Below are positions 1 through 4,512 of a stretch of 5,676 bases of DNA, one piece after another. A program made the translations under genes and the position numbers. The stretch's first letter is position 1. The number at the start of each line of letters is the position of its first letter. The DNA is from a virus, in IMG/VR virus record IMGVR_UViG_3300045988_003481, positions 1 through 5,676 of that record; one strand, written 5' to 3'. The notes beneath the pieces are model-generated. The model searched no databases. It saw only the letters and a program-made list of their open reading frames with translations, and had not been told where the DNA came from.

Positions 1-99
1 AGCTCCGCATACGCTACGCACGGCAAGGCGCTAAAGCGCCATTCAAAACAAAGGAGCAAAACCGACTGCTAATATATCAATTAAAATTTCAAAAAAAAC
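1..99. repeat. Terminal direct repeat, copy 1 (assembly overlap of a circular genome)
   Basis: Positions 1-99 are identical base for base to 5578-5676 (offset 5577), compared by eye over the full length. The repeat lies in non-coding DNA between the VP4 stop and the peptidase start. Confidence 0.97.
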
Positions 100-132
100 T
101 TGAATTTTTCCTAAAAAATAATAAAATATAAT
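100..132 (+). promoter_or_regulatory. Candidate sigma70-type promoter upstream of the peptidase / small-ORF / VP5-VP3-VP1 gene block
   Basis: TTGAAT (100-105), a 16-nt AT-rich spacer, then TAAAAT (122-127). A perfect TATAAT sits at 127-132, but 21 nt from that -35. The element lies in AT-rich non-coding DNA just upstream of the SD AAGGAG (140-145). This is sequence resemblance only. Confidence 0.35.
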
Positions 133-155
133 TACAGAAAAGGAGATTGACGAAG

Positions 156-548
156 ATGCTTAAATGCTATATAATGGACACAGATGGAAACGTAAAACTT
201 GCAAGACACTTCAAAGTAAAAGAATTTAGTTGCCGTGACGGCAGTCAAGTAGTATTCATAGACGACAATCTAGTATCCATTCTTGACATACTCAGACACA
301 AAATCGGAAAGCCGGTAATCATAACCAGCGGATACAGAACACCAGAATGGAACAAAAAATGCAATGGAGCGAAATACAGCTATCACATGCGCGGTATGGC
401 AGCAGATATCCGGGTAGATGGAATGAGCGCAAAAGAGCTTGCCAACAAACTGAATGAAATCGTACCGGATGGATGCGGCATTATCGTATACAACACATGG
501 GTGCACTTTGATGTGCGAACCGGGAAAAAATACAGAAAGGGGATGTAA
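156..548 (+). CDS. Zinc D-Ala-D-Ala carboxypeptidase-like peptidoglycan hydrolase (Peptidase M15 / M15_3-like), putative endolysin
   Basis: The ORF carries the M15-type zinc-ligand pattern: SGYR, then SYHMRGMAAD (H-x6-D), then a C-terminal VHFDVR. It is about 130 aa, typical of single-domain M15A/DUF882-like phage peptidases. SD AAGGAG (140-145) lies 10 nt before ATG 156. The track's TTG at 147 is only 1 nt from the SD, so I moved the start to 156; an in-frame ATG at 174 is an alternative. Confidence 0.85.
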   Translation: MLKCYIMDTDGNVKLARHFKVKEFSCRDGSQVVFIDDNLVSILDILRHKIGKPVIITSGYRTPEWNKKCNGAKYSYHMRGMAADIRVDGMSAKELANKLNEIVPDGCGIIVYNTWVHFDVRTGKKYRKGM

Positions 549-613
549 AAATGGTACTTACCAGCATCAACTGATAATCAAATGAAACCATAACCTGGAA
601 AAGAGAATCAACA

Positions 614-694
614 ATGAAAACATGGAATGCAAGAGACCAGACCAAAAAGCAAATTGTAGACGAAACAGAAAAAACACATAAAGGAGTAAAATAA
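614..694 (+). CDS. Hypothetical 26-aa ORF (MKTWNARDQTKKQIVDETEKTHKGVK)
   Basis: Translated by hand and not in the supplied track (below its length cutoff). Its TAA (692-694) overlaps the ATG (694-696) of the next ORF as TAATG, which would allow coupling. It has only a weak purine-rich SD (aagaga, 601-606) and no recognisable motif. It may instead be an untranslated leader. Confidence 0.25.
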   Translation: MKTWNARDQTKKQIVDETEKTHKGVK

Positions 695-810
695 TGGCAC
701 ACAGAAGCGGAGCGGGTCAAGGCGACCAGAAACGCTTTACCCAGACTGCAAAGCGGGTAAAAAATATCAACGTTCGACCGAAAGTATCTCGAGGCGGCAT
801 CCGCCTGTAA
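694..810 (+). CDS. Small highly basic protein, putative ssDNA-binding/packaging protein (phiX174 J / gokushovirus VP8-like)
   Basis: Hand translation gives MAHRSGAGQGDQKRFTQTAKRVKNINVRPKVSRGGIRL (38 aa, 10 K/R against 1 acidic residue). A perfect SD AAGGAG (681-686) lies 7 nt before the ATG. The size, charge and RGGIRL-type C-terminus match my memory of the small basic proteins of gokushoviruses. Not in the supplied track. Confidence 0.6.
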   Translation: MAHRSGAGQGDQKRFTQTAKRVKNINVRPKVSRGGIRL

Positions 811-839
811 ACAATACAAACAAAGAAAGGGGGCATAAA

Positions 840-956
840 ATGGCATTAATCAAGGTCAAGGACGTTAAGGAAGCAATTGCGCTGATGATGAACATCCTTG
901 AAAAGCTCGATGAAATCTACCACGCACTGAAGGATGCAAACAAAGACAAAGAATAA
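840..956 (+). CDS. Hypothetical 38-aa protein, predicted amphipathic helix
   Basis: Hand translation gives MALIKVKDVKEAIALMMNILEKLDEIYHALKDANKDKE. The SD-like AAGGGGG (827-833) lies 6 nt before ATG 840. The stop (954-956) abuts the SD of the next gene, so it fits the tight + strand packing. No hydrophobic segment and no recognisable family. Not in the supplied track. Confidence 0.45.
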   Translation: MALIKVKDVKEAIALMMNILEKLDEIYHALKDANKDKE

Positions 957-968
957 AGAGGAAAAAAC

Positions 969-1223
969 ATGAAACTGAAATTCTACTCATTCCACGATGC
1001 ATTGACCAACGGCTACTCACAGCCATTTCTGCAGAACAACAGGGCACAGGCAGTGCGAACGGCACGCTGGAAAGCCAACGAAAGCAAGCCAAGTGAAATC
1101 GAAGATATTTCGCTCGTAGAACTTGGCGAATTCGACACCGAAACGGGCTACATGAGCGAAGCAATGCCTGAACACATCGCACGGCTCATCGACCTGAAGG
1201 AGACGGACAATGCTAAATCCTGA
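969..1223 (+). CDS. Small conserved gokushovirus non-structural protein (VP5-like)
   Basis: 84 aa. The N-terminus MKLKFYSFHDALTNGYSQPFLQNNRAQAVRTA followed by SLVELGEFDTETGY matches the pattern I recall for gokushovirus VP5 (about 80-90 aa: Y/F-x-V-x-D...PF...A-x-R-x-F...LyxiGxfDxxtG). SD GAGG (958-961) lies 7 nt before the ATG. Its position between VP4 and VP3 fits gokushovirus gene order. Confidence 0.7.
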   Translation: MKLKFYSFHDALTNGYSQPFLQNNRAQAVRTARWKANESKPSEIEDISLVELGEFDTETGYMSEAMPEHIARLIDLKETDNAKS

Positions 1224-1635
1224 TACACTGGTAAGATACTACGGACTGCCGACCGAGAGAGTGACAAACAATCCGGGCAGCAAGACCGCGCCAACGTGGA
1301 AAGCAGTCAAACGACCAAACGGAACTACCGACTACGTCCAGCAGCCGGATGAAAACACATACGAAAAAATCCAGCGAGCCGGCGAGGGCTACGACCTTGC
1401 AAGCGCAATCGCACGGCTGGAAGCGGGAGACACCAGCATCAAGGCAAAAAGCATGGTATATACCGAGGGCACCGACCTTGAAAATCTGCCGAAGGACATC
1501 ATGACGATGCACGAAAAAGCCGAAGCTGCAGCCAAAACGCTGGAACAGCTGAAACAGGTGCAGCAGACCGAACAGCCGAAGCCGAAAGAGGAAGAAAAAA
1601 AAGAGGAGGTGAAGGAAAACGAACCGAAACAGTGA
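1210..1635 (+). CDS. Putative internal scaffolding protein (VP3-like)
   Basis: 141 aa, immediately upstream of VP1 as in gokushoviruses. It has a charged K/E/P-rich C-terminal tail (QPKPKEEEKKEEVKENEPKQ), and its size and architecture resemble VP3. A perfect SD AAGGAG (1197-1202) lies 7 nt before ATG 1210. The start overlaps the previous gene by 14 nt. The assignment rests on position and composition rather than a sharp motif. Confidence 0.6.
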   Translation: MLNPDTLVRYYGLPTERVTNNPGSKTAPTWKAVKRPNGTTDYVQQPDENTYEKIQRAGEGYDLASAIARLEAGDTSIKAKSMVYTEGTDLENLPKDIMTMHEKAEAAAKTLEQLKQVQQTEQPKPKEEEKKEEVKENEPKQ

Positions 1636-1660
1636 AAACCATTTCGCACAAGTGCCGCGA

Positions 1661-3319
1661 ATGGAAAGACCGCGAAGCAAATTTGACAGAAGTCACCAGC
1701 TGTTGACGACCATCAATGAAGGTGACCTCGTACCCATCTACTGTGATGAAGTGCTACCGGGCGATACCGCAAAAGTACACCTGAACGGACTCATTCGCAT
1801 GAGCACTCCCGTCTATCCTATCATGGATAACTGCTACATGGACACCTATTTCTTCTTTGTTCCATGCCGTCTGCTGTGGGAACACTGGGAGAACATGTTC
1901 GGCGAGAACGATACAAACTACTGGGCAGAAAAGACCGAGTACAGCACACCAACTACCGAAATCAAAAAAGCAGGCATTAAAGCCGGAACAATCGGAGATT
2001 ATTTCGGCTTACCGACAAACATACCGCTAAAAGTAAACGCACTCCCGGCACGCGCCTACGCAATGATTTATAATGAGTGGTTCAGGGATGAAAACCTTGA
2101 AGCACCTATAATGGTAGGATACAAGAAAACTGACGCAACGGGAAACTCTGAAGCCCCAGAAGTCGACGGGGCTAGCTACGCCAATAAACCAGAAATTACT
2201 GCGAAACTTTCAGAAGGTGCACTATACGCAACAAAACCGGCAAAGGCAGGAAAATTCCACGACTATTTCACCAGCTGTTTACCGAGTCCGTTGAAATCTG
2301 ACCCTGTAGAACTCAGCATGACAGGCAACGCACCTATCAGATTGGGAGACCAAAAAGGAAATTACCAAAATTTCAACGGGGCGGTAGAAATGGTAGTAGC
2401 CGCACATGGAAGCAACACAGCCGGGTCTCTGATATACGGGAATACCACCGGAGCACCCGGAGAAAAAAAGACGATGATGTTCAGCGGAACAGAAAAAACA
2501 AACAACGAGATTGGAACGGGTGGGTGGATGTATGCAGACCTAAGCGCTGTAAACGCAATCACCATTGCAGACTTGCGCATGAGCATAGCACTGCAGCACA
2601 TCTTTGAAGCAGATGCACGCAACGGCACGCGATACCGTGAGTTTCTGTCTGGTACGTGGGGCGTAACAAGTCCGGATAGCCGTCTGCAAATTCCTGAGTA
2701 CATCGGCGGACAGCGCATCGCAATCAATGTAAATCAGGTTGTTCAGACGAGCCAGACAGACCCGAAAACCGGGCAAGCACTGGGCAATACGGCAGCATAC
2801 AGCCTGACCACATGCAGCAAGCAGATGGTGGACTATGCAGCAACGGAATACGGCTATATCATCGGACTGGCAGTGGTACGAGTGGAACACAGCTACCAGC
2901 AGGGACTTGCAACCAAGTGGACACGTGGCGGACGGTTCACGTACTATGACCCGAGACTAGCAGCACTGGGCGAACAACCGGTGTACAACCGCGAAATCTA
3001 TGCACAGGGCAAAGATGAAGACAACGAAATCTTTGGGTATCAGGAATGCTGGGCGGACTACCGCTACAAGCCTTCCTACGTAACCGGAGAAATGCGGTCG
3101 AACTACCAGACAAGTTTGGACGCATGGCACTATGCAGACGATTATGACGCACTGCCGCGTCTCTCGGCAGAGTGGATCCAAGAGGGAACACAGAACATTG
3201 ACCGGACGATTGCGGTAACAAGCGAAAAAAGCCACCAGTTCTTGTGTGACTTCTATTTCAACGAAGAGTGGTATCGCGAAATGCCTATTTACAGCATTCC
3301 CGGCATCGAGAGAATCTAA
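1661..3319 (+). CDS. Major capsid protein VP1 (Microviridae F-protein family)
   Basis: It carries hallmark Microviridae capsid motifs: an N-terminal RSKFDRSHQ..TTINEGDLVPIYCDEVLPGDT, then HDYFTSCLP, then ITIADLRMSIALQ..EADARNGTRYREFL..WGV..DSRLQIPEYIGG. About 552 aa, typical of Gokushovirinae. I chose ATG 1661 (MERPRSKFD...); the track's GTG at 1652 is possible. Neither start has an SD. Confidence 0.95.
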   Translation: MERPRSKFDRSHQLLTTINEGDLVPIYCDEVLPGDTAKVHLNGLIRMSTPVYPIMDNCYMDTYFFFVPCRLLWEHWENMFGENDTNYWAEKTEYSTPTTEIKKAGIKAGTIGDYFGLPTNIPLKVNALPARAYAMIYNEWFRDENLEAPIMVGYKKTDATGNSEAPEVDGASYANKPEITAKLSEGALYATKPAKAGKFHDYFTSCLPSPLKSDPVELSMTGNAPIRLGDQKGNYQNFNGAVEMVVAAHGSNTAGSLIYGNTTGAPGEKKTMMFSGTEKTNNEIGTGGWMYADLSAVNAITIADLRMSIALQHIFEADARNGTRYREFLSGTWGVTSPDSRLQIPEYIGGQRIAINVNQVVQTSQTDPKTGQALGNTAAYSLTTCSKQMVDYAATEYGYIIGLAVVRVEHSYQQGLATKWTRGGRFTYYDPRLAALGEQPVYNREIYAQGKDEDNEIFGYQECWADYRYKPSYVTGEMRSNYQTSLDAWHYADDYDALPRLSAEWIQEGTQNIDRTIAVTSEKSHQFLCDFYFNEEWYREMPIYSIPGIERI

Positions 3320-3330
3320 GAAAGGAGGAA

Positions 3331-3355
3331 GCCCCGCAAAAGCGGGGCAATTTTT
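3331..3355 (+). terminator. Rho-independent-terminator-like hairpin after VP1 (possibly attenuating)
   Basis: GCCCCGC (3331-3337), AAAA loop, GCGGGGC (3342-3348) form a perfect 7-bp GC-rich stem, followed by AATTTTT (T5 at 3351-3355). It lies 12 nt after the VP1 stop and between the VP2 SD and the VP2 start codon. Confidence 0.6.
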
Positions 3356-3357
3356 GA

Positions 3358-4215
3358 ATGGAGACGTTATTAAAGCTTTTACCATCCCTCATGAAAGGAC
3401 TGAGCATGCTGACGGGCATCATCACAAGCAGTAACATGAGCAGCGCCAAGGATAGCCAAGCATCAGGCAGCGAGACCAGCACAGGCAGCGAGACTACAAC
3501 CGGCAGCGTGACAGCGCCGCAGCAAATCGGAACGGCGCAAATCGGCACGCCAACAGGTATTACCACATTCGGCAACCAGAGCAGCGTAAACACCGCAAAC
3601 GCACTGCAAATGATGAGCGGACTGCTGAGCAACCTCGCGAATGCTGGAAGCCAAGCAAGCGCCAAGAAGTACAACAGCGCGGAAGCAGCAGCAGAACGAG
3701 CGTTTCAAAAGGAAATGCGCGGGACAGCCTATCAGGACACCGTAAAGGACATGATAGCAGCGGGCATCAATCCTATTCTAGCAGCGACCAACGGCGCAAC
3801 AAGCGCACCATCGGGAGCATCTGCAAGCATTGGAAGCCAACATTATAACCAGCAGAGCGCACAGGCTGCAAGCGTATCCGCAATGTACGAATACGGCAAC
3901 AACACGGCAGAGCTGGCAGACAAATACTTACAGCTAGCAAAACAGGCAACCAGCGCAAAACAGCTTAAGAATGCGAAAAGCTGGGAACAGGCAGCAAGCG
4001 AGCTAGCAACCTCAAGCGCAAAACAGGCACAGCAATACAGCTATGCAGCTAACAAGTTAGGTGAAGGCCTTGCGGGAGCTGGCAAAGCAGCCAAAGACGC
4101 AGTAAAAAAGGCTGGTAAAGCAGCCAAAGACACAGCGGGAAACTTCAAAAAGTACAACCAAAGAGTGCCAATCATGCCAAACATGGACACATTCAACGCA
4201 TACACAGGAAACTAA
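3358..4215 (+). CDS. Minor capsid / DNA pilot protein VP2 (phiX174 H-like)
   Basis: It has the hallmark AERAFQKEMRGTAYQDTVKDMIAAGINPILAA block (aa 112-142, nt 3691-3783) that I recall as the conserved core of microvirus VP2 proteins. It also has a hydrophobic N-terminus, Q/A/S-rich low-complexity helical segments, and sits directly after VP1. An in-frame TGA at 3355-3357 excludes any upstream start. Confidence 0.9.
   Translation: METLLKLLPSLMKGLSMLTGIITSSNMSSAKDSQASGSETSTGSETTTGSVTAPQQIGTAQIGTPTGITTFGNQSSVNTANALQMMSGLLSNLANAGSQASAKKYNSAEAAAERAFQKEMRGTAYQDTVKDMIAAGINPILAATNGATSAPSGASASIGSQHYNQQSAQAASVSAMYEYGNNTAELADKYLQLAKQATSAKQLKNAKSWEQAASELATSSAKQAQQYSYAANKLGEGLAGAGKAAKDAVKKAGKAAKDTAGNFKKYNQRVPIMPNMDTFNAYTGN
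3466..3519 (+). repeat. 18-nt tandem repeat x3 inside VP2 (GSETST / GSETTT / GSVTAP)
   Basis: GGCAGCG recurs at 3466, 3484 and 3502. The units are ggcagcgagaccagcaca, ggcagcgagactacaacc and ggcagcgtgacagcgccg. Confidence 0.8.
3523..3552 (+). repeat. 15-nt tandem repeat x2 inside VP2 (QIGTA / QIGTP)
   Basis: caaatcggaacggcg (3523-3537) is followed directly by caaatcggcacgcca (3538-3552). Confidence 0.8.
4078..4136 (+). repeat. 33-nt-period duplication inside the VP2 C-terminus (AGKAAKDAV / AGKAAKDTA)
   Basis: gctggcaaagcagccaaagacgcagt (4078-4103) and gctggtaaagcagccaaagacacagc (4111-4136) match at 23 of 26 positions. Confidence 0.8.
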
Positions 4216-4221
4216 GGAAGG

Positions 4222-4252
4222 AAGGGGGATGACAAAACATCCCCCTTTTTTT
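4222..4252 (+). terminator. Strong rho-independent terminator after VP2
   Basis: AAGGGGGATG (4222-4231), ACAAAA loop, CATCCCCCTT (4238-4247) form a perfect 10-bp stem that runs into a T7 tract (4246-4252). It lies 7 nt after the VP2 stop codon. Confidence 0.8.
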
Positions 4253-4282
4253 AGTAACAATAATCCAAAAAATAGAGAATGT

Positions 4283-4299
4283 GGAAAACTTGAGTTTTC
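4283..4299. other. Perfect inverted repeat GAAAAC-TTGA-GTTTTC at the left edge of the repeat array
   Basis: GAAAAC (4283-4288) and GTTTTC (4294-4299) are reverse complements separated by a 5-nt spacer; one more A-T pair is possible if the loop shrinks. The right arm is the first 6 nt of iteron copy 1. The element overlaps AACTTGA (4287-4293) and, on the minus strand, TTTTCCACA (4280-4288). Confidence 0.6.
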
Positions 4300-4451
4300 A
4301 ACACTTTCAACAGGTTTTCAACAACAAGTTGCACAAAGAAATTCGTCAAAATGACGAACATTCAACAATTCAACAAGTTTTCAACAAAGTTTTCAACAGG
4401 CAAAAAGGCAATAAATAAACGTAGTAACGTTAAAAAAACGAGTTTTCAACA
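4294..4451 (+). repeat. Iteron-like array: 8 direct copies of TTCAACA (5 as perfect GTTTTCAACA)
   Basis: Perfect GTTTTCAACA occurs at 4294-4303, 4314-4323, 4377-4386, 4389-4398 and 4442-4451. The shorter core TTCAACA also occurs at 4306-4312, 4361-4367 and 4369-4375. All copies are in the same orientation. Within the two clusters the core-to-core spacing is 8-12 nt. I found no other TTCAACA in the window by eye. Confidence 0.9.
4342..4358. other. Perfect 7-bp hairpin between the two iteron clusters
   Basis: TTCGTCA (4342-4348), AAA loop, TGACGAA (4352-4358). The left iteron cluster ends at 4323 and the right cluster begins at 4361. Confidence 0.6.
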
Positions 4452-4460
4452 GTTTCCACG

Positions 4461-4473
4461 CTACTACTACTAC
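4461..4473. repeat. Short trinucleotide run (CTA)4
   Basis: ctactactactac, followed by the related gactac (4474-4479). It lies in non-coding DNA between the last iteron and the rep-proximal hairpin. Confidence 0.7.
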
Positions 4474-4512
4474 GACTACAACAAGTTAATATATAAAGAA
4501 AGCGAGGTGTCA

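Noticed and set aside
27-40. The hairpin GGCGC-TAAA-GCGCC downstream of VP4 (also at 5604-5617), considered as the VP4 terminator
   Set aside because: It has only a 5-bp stem and is followed by ATTCAAAACA rather than a T tract, so it is not a convincing intrinsic terminator. It may still be structural in ssDNA. GCGCTAAA also occurs at 5553-5560.
51-56. A perfect SD-like AAGGAG in the VP4-peptidase intergenic region (also at 5628-5633)
   Set aside because: There is no ATG, GTG or TTG within 5-13 nt downstream; the following sequence is caaaaccgactgctaa. No ORF follows.
84-109. An imperfect AT-rich inverted repeat, AAAATTTCAA ... TTGAATTTTT, around the A8 tract
   Set aside because: The stem has one mismatch and consists almost entirely of A-T pairs in an AT-rich region. 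Its predicted stability is low, and it overlaps the candidate -35 and the AACTTGA site, which are reported separately.
147-155. The track's upstream alternative starts: TTG 147 for the peptidase, and similarly GTG 1652 for VP1
   Set aside because: TTG 147 is 1 nt from the SD AAGGAG (140-145), too close for initiation, whereas ATG 156 has a 10-nt spacer. For VP1, ATG 1661 gives the family-typical N-terminus. The extra 3 codons are not excluded, but they are unsupported.
792-806. The hairpin AGGCGG-CAT-CCGCCT at the 3' end of the J-like ORF
   Set aside because: It lies inside the coding sequence (it encodes RGGIRL), the stem is only 6 bp, and no T tract follows. It is most simply a by-product of the GGC GGC ATC CGC codons.
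3246-3434. A + strand 62-aa ORF overlapping the VP1 end and VP2 start in another frame
   Set aside because: It starts at a GTG with no SD, runs through the terminator hairpin, has no motif, and is out of frame with two confident genes. An overlapping gene in the phiX174 style cannot be excluded, but nothing here supports it.
4294-4451. Whether the repeat array could be a CRISPR array or a mini-array
   Set aside because: The units are only 7-10 nt with 1-45 nt gaps, and there are no spacers of 25-40 nt. The array sits in a 5.6-kb microvirus with no cas genes. That is iteron or operator geometry, not CRISPR.
4488-4497. An AT-rich TAATATATAAA as the -10 element of a rep promoter
   Set aside because: There is no acceptable -35 (TTGACA-like) hexamer 16-18 nt upstream, where the sequence is CTACTACTACG, and no TG extension. 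I cannot support a promoter call from sequence alone.
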